From the NCBI GenBank assembly GCA_947085475.1, contig CAMTWP010000009.1, forward strand, positions 124 to 64,123: a stretch of 64,000 nucleotides of DNA, written 5' to 3'. The position numbers were made by a program, and so were the translations under genes. Position 1 is the first letter of the stretch. Every line of letters begins with the position of its first letter. Source of the stretch: an uncultured Novosphingobium sp. (GTDB taxonomy: Bacteria > Pseudomonadota > Alphaproteobacteria > Sphingomonadales > Sphingomonadaceae). Shown here in pieces: positions 11,295 through 22,132 of this stretch. The notes under the pieces were generated by a model. The model did no database searches. It was not told where the DNA came from and saw only the letters and a list, made by a program, of their open reading frames with translations.

Positions 11295-12260
11295 TTACCC
11301 CCCGGTATGCTTGTCCGCCTTGCGTTTGCCAAAGCGCATGCCCGTTTCCAGACGGGCACGCAGTTGGGCGTAATAGGCCTCAAGGAACGCGCGCTCGTCG
11401 CCTGATCCGGCGCTCCAGCCGATCTTGCGGCAGATCGTCTGGGCAACGTCGATGATGGCTTCGTCACGGTTTTCGCGCAGCACACGTTCCAACGTTTGCA
11501 GTTCGAATTCGCCATATACGGCAAGGTCTTGGGCACTGAAGAGGTATTGCGCACCGGTTGTTTGTGAATGTCCGCGCGCGCCCCTGCTGATGGATAGGGC
11601 CTGTTCCAGCTTGCGCTTGGGCGCTTCGACCACCCACGTTCCTGCAATCAGATCGCCACAGCGCAAGCGGTCGCGGTTGAAGAACGGGAACAGCGCGAAG
11701 ATCAGGAACCACACAACGCCCGCCCAACTCGCTAAGCTGGCATCGACTTCATCAACCCATGCGGTCACGATGAAAACTAATGGCATGAACAATTCGATGT
11801 CGCGCACCAGATTGCGCGCGATGACTGCCTCGGTGGTCAACCGCGCACCATTGCTTGCGCTGCCGCGTGCAGCCACGCGAATTCCGACGATGCGCTTTCC
11901 CGGTGTCGCACCGCGCGGGCCTAGTTCAAAATACAGGAACCACGCATTGCGGAACAGGAACAATGCGATGATCCACACGACGGCGAGTGCCTGCACCGCA
12001 CGGGCGGCTGGGCCCTTTCCGCCCTCCAGATCGATGCCCGCGCCCTCGGCGATCTTGAACAGGATCAGCGACATTCCGATCATCGCGCCGACAATCATCG
12101 CCAGATCAATCATCAATGCACCGGCCCGTGCCCCGCGCGAAGCGAGCAGGAACGGCAGCAGTACGCCTTCCGGCGTGATGACCATCCGCCGCCGCTTGCC
12201 CTCGAAATCAAGCGGGGTGCGTGGCGCAGACTTGCGGCGGAGGGAAAGGGATAGTGCCAT
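11295..12260 (-). CDS. RDD family membrane protein
   Basis: TM segments plus a C-terminal NRDRLRCGDLIAGTWVV RDD signature. Its start overlaps the upstream stop (TAATG). Confidence 0.8.
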   Translation of the reverse strand: MALSLSLRRKSAPRTPLDFEGKRRRMVITPEGVLLPFLLASRGARAGALMIDLAMIVGAMIGMSLILFKIAEGAGIDLEGGKGPAARAVQALAVVWIIALFLFRNAWFLYFELGPRGATPGKRIVGIRVAARGSASNGARLTTEAVIARNLVRDIELFMPLVFIVTAWVDEVDASLASWAGVVWFLIFALFPFFNRDRLRCGDLIAGTWVVEAPKRKLEQALSISRGARGHSQTTGAQYLFSAQDLAVYGEFELQTLERVLRENRDEAIIDVAQTICRKIGWSAGSGDERAFLEAYYAQLRARLETGMRFGKRKADKHTGG

Positions 12261-13342
12261 TACACGCGCACGCCGCGGCGGAATGCGAAGAAATAGCCGA
12301 TCCAGAACACCAGCATGAACCCGCCTACCGTGAACCGGGCGGGCGTTGTATCAACCAATTGGCGGGCAAAACCTTCCAGCACAGCGGCCACGATCAGCAT
12401 CAGTACCACCCCGGTCATTACGAGCGCCGCGCGCCGACCGGCACTGGCTGCGGCATCAAGGATCGAGGCGTGGCCCGGAAATGCCATCGCCCGGCCAATG
12501 TGCAGGCCTGCGGCACCTGCCAGCATAATCGCAAAAAGCTCGGTCGTGCCGTGGATCGAGAGCCAGCCGACAAAATCAAGCAGCAGGCCCTTGCCATGAT
12601 AGAGCCACAACATGGCGCCCAACAGCGCGGTGTTGTGAATGAGCAGCAACATTGTGGGCAAGCCGAAAGCAAAGCCGAGCGCAAAGCACAGGATCGATAC
12701 TTGCGCATTGTTGCTGAATAGACTGGCGGCAAAAACGCTCATCCCGTCCTGATCCTGATCGCCGAACAATGTGCCGCGCAGCACCTCCTGGCTGGCTCCG
12801 GGTACGCGCTCATCGGCAAATCCAGCTGAAACCAGCGAATAGTACCAATCCGGGTTGGACGCGACGAGCAGCCAGCCAACGGCTGTGCCCGCCACCATCA
12901 AGGCCAGTGCGATCAGAATTTCAGTCCCCATAGCGCGCACTGCCGCGCTCCATTCCCCGCCAAGGAAGCGTTTGAACCATGACCACAGCGATGCGCGGGG
13001 GCCGTACACGAGGAACCATGCGCGTTGCGTCAGGGCTTCGAGGTAGGCGATCAGCGCGGCATCAAGTGAGGTTTCGCGCGCAATCGAAAGGCTGGATGCG
13101 GCTGTGCGATACAGTGCGGGCAGGGCGAGCAGATCGTCATCCGAAACGCGGCGCAGGCGGCCAGCTTCCATCTGCGTAACGATATTTTCAAGGCGCTTCC
13201 ATTCGCCTTCACGCTCCAGCCGGAACCGGTCAGATCGCAAGGCAGCCTGTTCTGCCGCAACCGCCTGTGCGGGGGCCTTGGAAAACCATCCGCCGATCTT
13301 TTGGACGATTGTTGGGGCCGGGATTGCAGGGCCTTGCGTCAT
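12260..13342 (-). CDS. stage II sporulation protein M-like (DUF95) membrane protein
   Basis: SNNAQVSILCFALGFAFGLP...HGTTELFAIMLAGAAG signature. ATGA overlap with the upstream gene. Confidence 0.8.
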   Translation of the reverse strand: MTQGPAIPAPTIVQKIGGWFSKAPAQAVAAEQAALRSDRFRLEREGEWKRLENIVTQMEAGRLRRVSDDDLLALPALYRTAASSLSIARETSLDAALIAYLEALTQRAWFLVYGPRASLWSWFKRFLGGEWSAAVRAMGTEILIALALMVAGTAVGWLLVASNPDWYYSLVSAGFADERVPGASQEVLRGTLFGDQDQDGMSVFAASLFSNNAQVSILCFALGFAFGLPTMLLLIHNTALLGAMLWLYHGKGLLLDFVGWLSIHGTTELFAIMLAGAAGLHIGRAMAFPGHASILDAAASAGRRAALVMTGVVLMLIVAAVLEGFARQLVDTTPARFTVGGFMLVFWIGYFFAFRRGVRV

Positions 13343-14667
13343 CCGATCCGCCCTTCGCGCTTGACCGCAAGGTAGGCGTCAAGCAGGCGCGTGCCGATCT
13401 TGTCATGCGGCGCCTCAACCACGCGCACGCCGATGTGGCGCAGCCGCTGAAGCACCAAAGCACGCTGCCGGATGAGCGAGTTTGCGGTGACAGATTGCGC
13501 AACGCTGTCCATGTCCTCGACCGGCGCGGACACGATCCGCGCAAGGTCGGCGTCGGTCATCACCACGAACAGCACGACATGACGTTCTACCAATCGCCCG
13601 ACATTCTCGACCATCAGTTCGGCACTGGTGGGATCGGCAAAATCGGAAAACAGCACGATCAGCGAACGGCGTTGCAGGCGGGCGGCCAGCGTTGACAGGG
13701 CAAGCGTGAAGTTCGCTTCGCCGGGGTGATAATCCAAAGCTGCCGCAGCGCGTTGCAACCGCGCAAAATCGCGGCTTGAGGTGACAAATGGCGTGGCAAC
13801 TTCAGGACGCGCGGCAAAGCCGAACAGGGCGACGCGGTCTTGCGCCTTCAATGCGACATAAGCGGTGGTCAGCGCAGCGGTTACCGCCCGGTCGATGCGC
13901 GGCAAACCATCGATAGGTTCGCACATCGCTTGCCCGCAATCGAACGCGAAGACGATCTGGTTGTTGCGCTCAACCTCATATTCCTTGGCATAGAGGCGGG
14001 CATGGCGGGCCGAACTTTTCCAGTCGATCCGGCGGCGGTCCATACCGGGTTCGTATTCGGCCAGCGCCTCAAATTCGGTGCCTTCACCGCGAATGCGCCG
14101 CGCGATCAGGCCGAATTGGGCATCGCGCAGGAAGATTTGCAGCGCGGAGCTGCGCACCGGGGCGATGTTGGGCCAAATGCGGACGGCATTGTCCAACGCG
14201 CGGGCCGTCTGGCGATGCGCCAGCCCCAGCGGGCCGGTCCAGCGCAGCCACACGCGGCTTACCGTGCCGGTGCCGCGCCGGTTGGGGTGCAAGGTGGTGC
14301 CCCCGCTCCACGCGCCGTCCTGAGGCGTCAGGGCAAGGGCGATGCGGCCTCCGTCTGCAAGCCGTGGGTCGCATTCCAACGCGGCTTCGGCGCGCGCGCG
14401 CGGGCCAGCGCGGGTGAGGTCTGCAAGCACGGTGAGGGCTGCTGCTTCGCCGACTTCGGCATCGGCAGGCACGATCACCCGCAAATCCGCAAGCGTCCCG
14501 GCAAACAGTCCGTCGAGCAGGATCAGCACCAGCAGCGCCCCGCCAAGCGCAGGCGCGGCGATCCAAGCATCCGGCGTCGTTGCGGCCAAGATCAGCGCGA
14601 GGGGGGCAAGCCCTGCGACAATCAGCACCGCAGTCCGCGTTGGAAGCAAGGCGGCAGGTCGGCTCAA
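13339..14667 (-). CDS. DUF58 domain protein (vWA-like)
   Basis: [34 protein letters not shown] motif typical of DUF58 partners of MoxR. TTGA overlap with the MoxR stop. Confidence 0.85.
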   Translation of the reverse strand: MSRPAALLPTRTAVLIVAGLAPLALILAATTPDAWIAAPALGGALLVLILLDGLFAGTLADLRVIVPADAEVGEAAALTVLADLTRAGPRARAEAALECDPRLADGGRIALALTPQDGAWSGGTTLHPNRRGTGTVSRVWLRWTGPLGLAHRQTARALDNAVRIWPNIAPVRSSALQIFLRDAQFGLIARRIRGEGTEFEALAEYEPGMDRRRIDWKSSARHARLYAKEYEVERNNQIVFAFDCGQAMCEPIDGLPRIDRAVTAALTTAYVALKAQDRVALFGFAARPEVATPFVTSSRDFARLQRAAAALDYHPGEANFTLALSTLAARLQRRSLIVLFSDFADPTSAELMVENVGRLVERHVVLFVVMTDADLARIVSAPVEDMDSVAQSVTANSLIRQRALVLQRLRHIGVRVVEAPHDKIGTRLLDAYLAVKREGRIG

Positions 14668-15629
14668 CGTGGCGCTTCCGTGCTTTCCACCAGTGCGGCA
14701 ACAATTGCTTCAACCTGCTTGCCCTCAATCTCGGCCGCAGGGCTGAGCAGCAGGCGGTGGCGCAGGACGGCGGTGGCAAGGGCCTTTACGTCGTCCGGGA
14801 TCACATAGTTCCGGCCATCCAGCGCGGCGCGGGCGCGGGCAGCGCCTGCCAGCAGCACGGCGGCGCGGGGCGATGCTCCGGCGACAAGATCGCCGGTTTC
14901 GCGTGTGGCACGGACCAGCCGAACCACGTAGTCGACAATCGATTCGGCCAACGTAACCGAAGCCACGGCAGCATTGGCGCGCGCCAGTTCATCGCCATCG
15001 GTCACGGCAACGATGCCCATTTGCGCAGGTTTGGCCGCACCGCGTCCCTCACCATAGCGGGTGACGATCCGCGCTTCTTCCTCAGCGGAGGGATAGCCGA
15101 CCAGCAGCTTGAACAGGAAGCGGTCAAGCTGCGCCTCGGGCAGGGGATAGACGCCCTGGCTTTCAATCGGGTTTTGCGTGGCAACCACCATGAACCGGTC
15201 CGACAGCGCGTGCGCCTCGCCGTCAAGCGTCACCCGGCGTTCCTGCATCGCTTCGAGCAATGCGGCCTGCGTTTTGGGCGGGGTGCGGTTGATTTCATCG
15301 GCCAGTAGCAATTCGTGGAAGATCGGCCCGCGCGTCAGGGTGAACTGGCTGGTCTGGAAGTTGAACAAGTTGGAACCCAGAATATCGCCCGGCATCAGAT
15401 CAGGCGTAAACTGGATGCGCCCGAAATCGAGGCCGAGCGAGGCGGCAAGGCATTGCGCGAGAAAGGTTTTGGCGGTGCCCGGAGGCCCCTCCAGGAGGAC
15501 ATGCCCGCCTGCAAACAACGCGACAAGCAGGTGATCAAGCACCTCTGTCTGCCCGACCACGGCCTTGCCCACTTCGCCGCGAATCTTCGCCGCCAGTGCG
15601 CCAAGCTCCTCAAGGGTCATTTCGCTCAC
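14664..15629 (-). CDS. MoxR-like AAA+ ATPase
   Basis: Walker A ([11 protein letters not shown]), Walker B (LLADEINR) and the MoxR-type C-terminal helical region. GTGA overlap with the upstream gene. Confidence 0.93.
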   Translation of the reverse strand: MSEMTLEELGALAAKIRGEVGKAVVGQTEVLDHLLVALFAGGHVLLEGPPGTAKTFLAQCLAASLGLDFGRIQFTPDLMPGDILGSNLFNFQTSQFTLTRGPIFHELLLADEINRTPPKTQAALLEAMQERRVTLDGEAHALSDRFMVVATQNPIESQGVYPLPEAQLDRFLFKLLVGYPSAEEEARIVTRYGEGRGAAKPAQMGIVAVTDGDELARANAAVASVTLAESIVDYVVRLVRATRETGDLVAGASPRAAVLLAGAARARAALDGRNYVIPDDVKALATAVLRHRLLLSPAAEIEGKQVEAIVAALVESTEAPR

Positions 15630-16906
15630 GTCAGGTCCTTCTCGATTTGGTGAACCACGGCAGCGCGCCGGGTTAACTCATGGGGTTTGCGCGCACTGCG
15701 CAAATGCGCAGCAGCGGCGGAAAAGCGGGGTCCGGCAAAGCCGCGCCGGTCTTGGGCGGCATCAATCAGCTTCTCGACCATGTCCGCCGATTGGCTGCGC
15801 GGCAGGCCCAGTGCCAGCGCCAGTCGCTCCCGCGCGGCATCAGCATAGGGCGCGGCGACAAGGTGGACGCGGCCCGCGCGGCGGATGAGGCCTGCGGCAT
15901 TGGCCACCAGCGCGACTTTGCCATTGGCGATCTCTGCCCCGTTTTGCAGAGCTGGTCCAAAGCGGTGAAACGCGCGCCATGCCACCGCCAATGCCGCAAG
16001 TATCAGGCACAGTGTGGCGGCCAGAAACGGCGGCTCAAATGCTAGGGTCAACAAGTTGCGGCGTGCGCCAAAGCCATTGAACGTCATGTCAAAAGCAATA
16101 GGCTGAGAGCGGTTGTCTGCCGTGGCAAGAATCAGATCACGCGCCAGCAGAGCGGTTGCCTTGTCAGCAAGACCCCAATTGTCGAGCAGGTCCGGCTCAA
16201 ATACCAGCACTACAGGAAAGCGGTCTTCATCTTCGCCGCCGTAACCCGGATCGATTCCCGCCAGATCGTTGAGTGCGGGGTAATAGCCATCGTCATCCAG
16301 CCACGCGGCGAGCATTTTGCCATTGCCAGCGTTGATGATCGGCACAAGTCCGGTGCCGGATCCTGTCTCTACCCGCCGATCATCGGGAAGTGGTCCGCGC
16401 CGCGTCCCCACGCGCCAGCCGCCGATTGGGGGTGACTTCTCGCTGCCTATATCCACCGTCACATTGTCGGCAAAGCCGATCCAGTTGGGTGCCGACGTAG
16501 CGATAATCTGCACCCAGCCGCGCTTGGCCTTCTGAGCGTTCACACCGACCGCCAGCCATTTTGGCGCAATTACCAGCGTTGGCCCGACATAGCGCCGTGC
16601 ATCGACGACTTTGGCGATCTCCTTGCCGTCCGCTTCGGCAGGAGGTGTTAGAATCAGCAATCCGGGCTGCGTATCAATCGTCTGACGGTTGCGCACATGG
16701 ACAACATCCAGGCCCTCAGCCTCAAGTATTCGCGCAATTCCGGCATAACCATTGAGGCCGTGTCCACCAACATGCGCGCCGCCATTGTTGCCGCTGCCGC
16801 CGGTATTGTTGCCGAGAAACCAAAGCAGCGCGACGAAGGCCAGCGCGCCTACCAGCAGCATTCCGATCACGGTGCTGCGCGGGAAAGGGGATGCGGCGGC
16901 GGTCAT
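15626..16906 (-). CDS. DUF4350 domain membrane-anchored protein
   Basis: N-terminal TM segment, a [16 protein letters not shown]...LLILTPP segment, and a second TM near the C-terminal third. ATGA overlap with the upstream gene. Confidence 0.7.
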   Translation of the reverse strand: MTAAASPFPRSTVIGMLLVGALAFVALLWFLGNNTGGSGNNGGAHVGGHGLNGYAGIARILEAEGLDVVHVRNRQTIDTQPGLLILTPPAEADGKEIAKVVDARRYVGPTLVIAPKWLAVGVNAQKAKRGWVQIIATSAPNWIGFADNVTVDIGSEKSPPIGGWRVGTRRGPLPDDRRVETGSGTGLVPIINAGNGKMLAAWLDDDGYYPALNDLAGIDPGYGGEDEDRFPVVLVFEPDLLDNWGLADKATALLARDLILATADNRSQPIAFDMTFNGFGARRNLLTLAFEPPFLAATLCLILAALAVAWRAFHRFGPALQNGAEIANGKVALVANAAGLIRRAGRVHLVAAPYADAARERLALALGLPRSQSADMVEKLIDAAQDRRGFAGPRFSAAAAHLRSARKPHELTRRAAVVHQIEKDLT

Positions 16907-17601
16907 GCTGCGGCCTCAAGCCGTTCCAGCGCGAATCGGGCATAGGCCGCGCGCGCTGTCAGCCAGTCACCCGAATCGAGGCGACGCAGAGCGTAGCGGG
17001 CGCGTTCGACAAGGCCCGCAATTTCGGCAAAGGCGTGGCGGGCGCTTTGCGGCAAGGCGGTGATCGCGCCGATTTCGCGCGCGGTGCTGGAGGGCGAAAG
17101 CCAATCAGGCCGCGCGCTGGCAATCTGGCCAATACTGCGCTGAAGCAACAAGTGCGCAGCTTCGTCAAAGCGGCCTTCACCCGCCAGCCGATCAGCATCT
17201 TCGAGCAGGGCCAGTGCCTCTTCGCGCGCGGGCGTCCAATCGGGTGCAGGTGCTTTGATTCTGCGCTTGCGCTCTTTCCAAAGCGGCCAAAGCAGCACCC
17301 ACGCGATCCACACGGCGCCAATCGCCGCGCCGATCATCAGCGCCATTTCGACCCAGCTCCAGCTTGCCCCCAGCACGCGTCCAAAGGGGGAAAAGAGCCA
17401 TTCGAGGAAGCGGCCAAGCGCCTTCAGCCATTCGGGCGTAACGGGTGCGGGATCGGGCGGGACGGGCGCGAACTGGATGTCACCGGCATCGCGCAGAGAC
17501 GCCCATGCCTTTTCTGCCGCCGCAGCGTCATCGCTTGAAGTGTTTGCCGCTGCCGGTGCCGTCACGCTGGCAGTCGTTGCACGCAGACGCGCGTCCGGCA
17601 A
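16903..17601 (-). CDS. DUF4129 domain membrane protein
   Basis: Central TM segment, then a helical LLEDADRLAGEGRFDEAAHLLL...TAREI...YALRRL region typical of DUF4129. TTG start, 6 nt after the pheA stop. Confidence 0.7.
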   Translation of the reverse strand: MPDARLRATTASVTAPAAANTSSDDAAAAEKAWASLRDAGDIQFAPVPPDPAPVTPEWLKALGRFLEWLFSPFGRVLGASWSWVEMALMIGAAIGAVWIAWVLLWPLWKERKRRIKAPAPDWTPAREEALALLEDADRLAGEGRFDEAAHLLLQRSIGQIASARPDWLSPSSTAREIGAITALPQSARHAFAEIAGLVERARYALRRLDSGDWLTARAAYARFALERLEAAA

Positions 17602-17607
17602 GTATTA

Positions 17608-18498
17608 CTAACCCCGAATGCGCTCCATTGGGTAAGTTCCAAGCATCCGCAAATGCTTAGCGAAATACCTAAGCTCTTCGAACGCGCGGTCCACTGCTGG
17701 ATCGCCCGGAGCGCCGACAATATCGGCGAAGAATTCCGTCGCGGCAAAGCTGGCCCCGCGCTGGTAGCTTTCCAGTTTGGTCATGTTCACACCATTCGTG
17801 GCAAAGCCGCCCAGCGCCTTGTAAAGCGCGGCAGGTATATTGCGCACTTCGAATACGAACGTGGTCATGGCAGGGCCTGTGATGCTTGCGGCATCAAGCG
17901 GGGTCTTGGACAAAATCACGAATCGCGTGGTGTTATCGTGCGCGTCCTGAACATCGTCCTCGATCACTTTGAGTCCGTAAAGCTCGGCGGCGATTCGCGG
18001 GGCCAGCGCGGCAACGCTGGGATCGCCCAATTCAGCGACATAGGCCGCAGCGCCTGCGGTGTCGGCATAGCTCATCGGCACAATGCTGCGTTCCCGCAGA
18101 TAGAATCGCGATTGGCCCAAGGCTTGTGGATGGCTGTAGGCGGCGGTGAAGGGCCCATCGCCCAGCGCCATCAGGCTGGCGTTTATCTCAAGGAAGTGCT
18201 CGCCCGTGATCGACAAATCACTTTCAGGTAGCAGGAAGTGAATGTCTGCCACGCGCCCGTGCTGAGAATTTTCGATGGGTATAATCGCTTGGCCTGCGCG
18301 CCCTTCCTTCACCGCATCCAGCGCATCTTCGAAAGAAAAGCACGGCAGCGGCAGGCAATCTGGCAAGGCTTCCAACGCGGCCCGGTGCGAATTTGCGCCC
18401 GGAGCGCCCTGAAACGATACCGCACGCGCCGGATCAGCGGCTGCGGCGGCTGCCATTTGTTCAACAAGGACGAGCGCGGGGGCGGGATAACTCTTCAT
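17608..18498 (-). CDS. pheA: prephenate dehydratase
   Basis: PDT domain (FQGAPGANSH...IPIENSQHG...TRF) and a C-terminal ACT domain (ESYQR). Start at ATG 18498. Confidence 0.9.
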   Translation of the reverse strand: MKSYPAPALVLVEQMAAAAAADPARAVSFQGAPGANSHRAALEALPDCLPLPCFSFEDALDAVKEGRAGQAIIPIENSQHGRVADIHFLLPESDLSITGEHFLEINASLMALGDGPFTAAYSHPQALGQSRFYLRERSIVPMSYADTAGAAAYVAELGDPSVAALAPRIAAELYGLKVIEDDVQDAHDNTTRFVILSKTPLDAASITGPAMTTFVFEVRNIPAALYKALGGFATNGVNMTKLESYQRGASFAATEFFADIVGAPGDPAVDRAFEELRYFAKHLRMLGTYPMERIRG

Positions 18499-18667
18499 GA
18501 TGCCTGCGCGATTAAGCGTCTGTGACCCATGCGGCAAGGGCGCGATGGCGCTTCTTATTCATTTTGCGAGTCAAAGCATCTTGCGCTTGGGCGGGGGGCT
18601 GACTAGAGCGTGCCGCAACTCGCGCGGGGGTCGGCAGGGTGTCGGCGTGCGCCATTGGGGTTCGTAA

Positions 18668-19294
18668 ATGGACGACCGTTTCAACACCATCGCAGGATGG
18701 GCTTTGTTCGGGGGCATTGTTGCTCTGGGGCTTTCCAGCCTTTCGGGACACTATTTCCTCGCCGATAAGGAGCATCGCCCTGAGAAGATGGGCTATGCAA
18801 TCGAAGGCGTAGAAGAAGAAGCAGGCGCAGGGGCTGCAAAGGATCTTCCTTTGCCGAACCTGCTTGCCGCTGGTGATGTCGCCAAGGGTGAGGCTACTTT
18901 TGCCAAGTGCAAAGCATGCCACACTGCCGTTCAAGGCGGCGCAAACGGCATCGGCCCGAATCTCTATGCCATCGTCGGCAAGCCTGTGGGCAAGCACGTC
19001 AGCGGTTTTGCCTATTCAGCAGATCTTGCTGCCAAGGGCGGAAACTGGGACTTTGCCACGCTTGATACATGGCTGAAGAACCCCAAGGCGTTTGCCGCTG
19101 GCACCAAGATGTCGTTCGCGGGCCTTGCCAAAGGCGAAGACCGCGCCAACGTCATCCTTTATCTCAACTCGCTCGGTTCGAACCTGCCGCTGCCAGCGCC
19201 CGAAGCGGCACCAGCAGCCGATGCAGCGCCAGCCGATGCCGCGGCCTCTGACGCTGCTGCAGAAGCAGCGCCTTCGGAAGCTGCTGCGCAATAA
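18668..19294 (+). CDS. membrane-anchored class I cytochrome c with Ala/Pro-rich C-terminal tail
   Basis: N-terminal TM segment, CKACH heme-binding motif and distal Met (GTKMSFAGL). The last ~40 aa are low-complexity A/P/E. Confidence 0.9.
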   Translation: MDDRFNTIAGWALFGGIVALGLSSLSGHYFLADKEHRPEKMGYAIEGVEEEAGAGAAKDLPLPNLLAAGDVAKGEATFAKCKACHTAVQGGANGIGPNLYAIVGKPVGKHVSGFAYSADLAAKGGNWDFATLDTWLKNPKAFAAGTKMSFAGLAKGEDRANVILYLNSLGSNLPLPAPEAAPAADAAPADAAASDAAAEAAPSEAAAQ

Positions 19295-19315
19295 GACTGC
19301 GCGACGTGAATCAAT

Positions 19316-19351
19316 GCAAAAGGCGTCGGGAGCAATTCCGACGCCTTTTGC
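19316..19351. terminator. bidirectional terminator, 14-bp perfect stem
   Basis: GCAAAAGGCGTCGG-N8-CCGACGCCTTTTGC lies between convergent genes. A/T runs are embedded on both sides. Confidence 0.85.
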
Positions 19352-19372
19352 ATTGTTGTGGCAGCTTGTGCG

Positions 19373-19816
19373 TCAGACGGGGCAGGCGGTCGCCATAATC
19401 GTTTCGCCAAGCGACTCTGGTTCGACCGGTTCATATCGATCGGCGCTATCGCTAGGCACTGCGTTGCGGGCCAGCACTTTGCCATTGGCTGCGTAATCCG
19501 TGGCGGCGGCAATCAGCATGCGGCGGCCTGTGCAATCGTATTGAAACAGGATGACCTTGCGCCCGGCATCAATGCCTGATGTGCCGGTGTGATCGAACCC
19601 GGCCCAGACCTGCCGTACGGTAAAGCTGCGCTCGGCGCTGGGCGGCAACTCGCGGACCGATTCGGGCCGCACCAAAACTTCGGTGCGATCCTCGGCCACC
19701 CCGATGATTTTCCAATCCGCGCTCCAACCTTGCGCTGCAGCCTCGCCGGAGAAGCCAAGGAGAGCAAGAGGAAGAAGCAATTTGCGGACGGTCATCATCG
19801 GGAGGCTCCGGAACAT
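19373..19816 (-). CDS. secreted hypothetical protein (surface-adhesin-E-like pattern)
   Basis: Signal peptide (LLLPLALLGFSGEAAAQ) and consistent codon usage. No firm family assignment. Confidence 0.6.
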   Translation of the reverse strand: MFRSLPMMTVRKLLLPLALLGFSGEAAAQGWSADWKIIGVAEDRTEVLVRPESVRELPPSAERSFTVRQVWAGFDHTGTSGIDAGRKVILFQYDCTGRRMLIAAATDYAANGKVLARNAVPSDSADRYEPVEPESLGETIMATACPV

Positions 19817-19927
19817 TCGGGTAATGTTTCGATAACCATATCTGTGCCCCGCGCGACTAAGGGGTTGTACGTAAGTCCCGCGATGCGACAGCTGCCGTGG
19901 TTAATCCTAACGGCGGCCTTTGGCTGC

Positions 19928-20596
19928 CTACTCCTGCCGCCCTTTGAAGCCTTGGGCGATCACATACCATTCGGACGAATCCTTGCGGCTGGATGGCGGC
20001 TTGGCGTGCTTCACTGTAGTGAAGTTCTTTTTGAGGATCGTCAGCAGTTCAGCGTCGGTCCCTCCGGCGAAGACCTTGGCGATAAAGGCCCCGCCCGGCG
20101 CCAGCGACGTGATGGCGAAATCCACCGCCGTTTCAACCAGGCCCATCGTGCGCAAATGGTCGGTTTGTTTATGGCCCACGGTATTTGCCGCCATGTCACA
20201 CACCACCAGATCGGGCGGACCATCCAACGCGCCTTGTAGCGCCGCTGGCGCTTCGTCGGCCATGAAGTCCATCTCGAAGATGATTACGCCCTCGATTGGC
20301 TCGGTTGGCAACAGATCGATGCCCACGATCTTGGCCGACGGAGCCTTTTTGCGCACAACTTGCGCCCAGCCGCCCGGCGCAATGCCCAGATCGACAACGC
20401 GCTTTGCATTGCGCAGCAGGCTGAACTTTTCGTCCAGTTCAATCAGCTTGAATGCGGCACGGCTGCGCCAACCTTCGGCGCGGGCCTGCTTTACATAAGG
20501 GTCGTTGATCTGGCGGGTGAGCCAGCGTGAAGATGAGGCGGTGCGCTTTTTTGCGGTGCGCAGGCGCTCGTTCGGGTCTTTGCCGGATCGGCTCAT
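19928..20596 (-). CDS. rlmE: 23S rRNA (uridine2552-2'-O)-methyltransferase
   Basis: FtsJ motifs present (SRAAFKLIELD, VVDLGIAPGGW, VVCDMAAN). 4-nt overlap with the upstream ppx-family gene. Confidence 0.93.
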   Translation of the reverse strand: MSRSGKDPNERLRTAKKRTASSSRWLTRQINDPYVKQARAEGWRSRAAFKLIELDEKFSLLRNAKRVVDLGIAPGGWAQVVRKKAPSAKIVGIDLLPTEPIEGVIIFEMDFMADEAPAALQGALDGPPDLVVCDMAANTVGHKQTDHLRTMGLVETAVDFAITSLAPGGAFIAKVFAGGTDAELLTILKKNFTTVKHAKPPSSRKDSSEWYVIAQGFKGRQE

Positions 20597-21894
20597 GCTG
20601 TAAAATTCCGTTGTTGGGCAGGCGGGCGGGCAGGTTCGCCAACCCCTGCCATAAGGCTGCGCAAGATACCTTCGCGAATACCGCGGTCAGCAATGCCAAG
20701 GCGGTCTGCCGGCCAAATATCGAGGATGGATTCGAGGATGGCGCAGCCCGCCACGACCAGATCAGAGCGTTCGCGCCCGATGCAGGGCACCGCCACCCGC
20801 TCGGCATAGGACATTTGGGCAAGGCTTTGGCTGATCGCGCGCATCGAATCGGCAGGAACAATCAGGCCGTCCACCGCGCGCCTGTCATATTGCGGCAATT
20901 CCAGATGCAGACTGGCCAGCGTGGTAACGGTGCCGCTGGTGCCAAGCAGGCGGATGCGCTGCTGTGCTTTTGCCACATCGCGCATGGGCGCAACGCGCAC
21001 CGCAAAGTCAGCGAAGCCTTCGTCCACGCAGCGGCGCATTTCGGCATAAGCCTCAGCGCGCGCTTCGGGGCTGTCAGCAATTGGCCCCACGCTTTCGGTG
21101 AGCGAGACAACACCCCACGGCGCGGATTGCCAATCGAGGATGCGGGGCACGGTTTCGCCCGTTTCCACCAGCACCATCTCGGTTGATCCGCCGCCGATAT
21201 CGAAGATCATCGCCGGGCCATCACCCTGTTCCAACAGGATGTGGCAGCCCAGCACCGCCAGACGTGCCTCTTCCTGCGCGGTGATGATATTCAGGCGGAT
21301 TCCGGTTTCTGCACGCACCCGTTCGATAAAATCAGCGCCGTTGGTGGCGCGGCGGCACGCTTCGGTCGCCACCGAACGCGCCAGATGAACATTGCGCTTG
21401 CGCAACTTGTCGGCGCAAACGTGCAGCGCGGCCAGCGCGCGGTCCATCGCTTCATCCGAAAGCCGCCCGGTCTGCGCCAATCCTTCGCCCAAACGCACCA
21501 CGCGGCTAAAGGCATCAATCACCACGAAGTGCTCGCCCGAAGGCCGCGCGATCAGCAACCGGCAATTGTTGGTGCCAAGATCAATCGCGGCATAGGCTTG
21601 CCGATGATGGGGCAGAGGCTTTTGCCAAGGAGTTGTACCACGTTCAGGCGTGATAGCAGGAGCGCCAGTTTCCATGGCACGCGCAAGCGTTTCCGCTGCG
21701 TCTTGCGAAATGTCCACCCTTGGCGGGGGTGGGCTGATCGTGCCAGCCGATGTGGGCGGGAGGCTGCTCCCGGCATTGTTGCGGCTCGGTCGGGGCTTGC
21801 TTCGCCCCTTCTTCCGGCTGCTTTTGTTTTTGCCGGCCTGATGTTTGCCGGATTTCACGCCTTGCCCAGTGGCTGGCGGAAGGTTTTCCGCCAT
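20593..21894 (-). CDS. Ppx/GppA family phosphatase with basic low-complexity N-terminal extension
   Basis: ASKHA-fold motifs present (AAIDLGTNNCRLLI, IFDIGGGSTE). Start taken at ATG 21894; the maximal ORF reaches 21954. Confidence 0.85.
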   Translation of the reverse strand: MAENLPPATGQGVKSGKHQAGKNKSSRKKGRSKPRPSRNNAGSSLPPTSAGTISPPPPRVDISQDAAETLARAMETGAPAITPERGTTPWQKPLPHHRQAYAAIDLGTNNCRLLIARPSGEHFVVIDAFSRVVRLGEGLAQTGRLSDEAMDRALAALHVCADKLRKRNVHLARSVATEACRRATNGADFIERVRAETGIRLNIITAQEEARLAVLGCHILLEQGDGPAMIFDIGGGSTEMVLVETGETVPRILDWQSAPWGVVSLTESVGPIADSPEARAEAYAEMRRCVDEGFADFAVRVAPMRDVAKAQQRIRLLGTSGTVTTLASLHLELPQYDRRAVDGLIVPADSMRAISQSLAQMSYAERVAVPCIGRERSDLVVAGCAILESILDIWPADRLGIADRGIREGILRSLMAGVGEPARPPAQQRNFTA

Positions 21895-22013
21895 GTTTCG
21901 AATTCGCTTATGTTTTCCCGCGCTGCATGATGCCTGCCGGGTACTTGACGGCAATGCTAGCGATGCCGCGCCCTGCCCGCAAGGCCAGCCCCCAAAAATG
22001 CCGTTTCCCGTGC

Positions 22014-22042
22014 TTGACTCAGGGTTTTTCCCCGCCTAATTG
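22014..22042 (+). promoter_or_regulatory. sigma-70-type promoter of tRNA-Gln
   Basis: TTGACT-N17-TAATTG followed by a GC-rich discriminator (CGCTCCC), ending ~12 nt before the tRNA 5' end. Confidence 0.6.
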
Positions 22043-22053
22043 CGCTCCCACAT

Positions 22054-22127
22054 TGCCCCGTCGTCTAATGGTAAGACACCGGTTTCTGATACCGTTTATC
22101 GAGGTTCGAGTCCTTGCGGGGCATCCA
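22054..22127 (+). tRNA. tRNA-Gln (anticodon CTG), CCA encoded
   Basis: 7-bp acceptor stem (TGCCCCG/CGGGGCA), anticodon loop TTCTGAT, T-arm CGAGG-TTCGAGT-CCTTG, 3' TCCA. 74 nt. Confidence 0.9.
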
Positions 22128-22132
22128 CTTTC

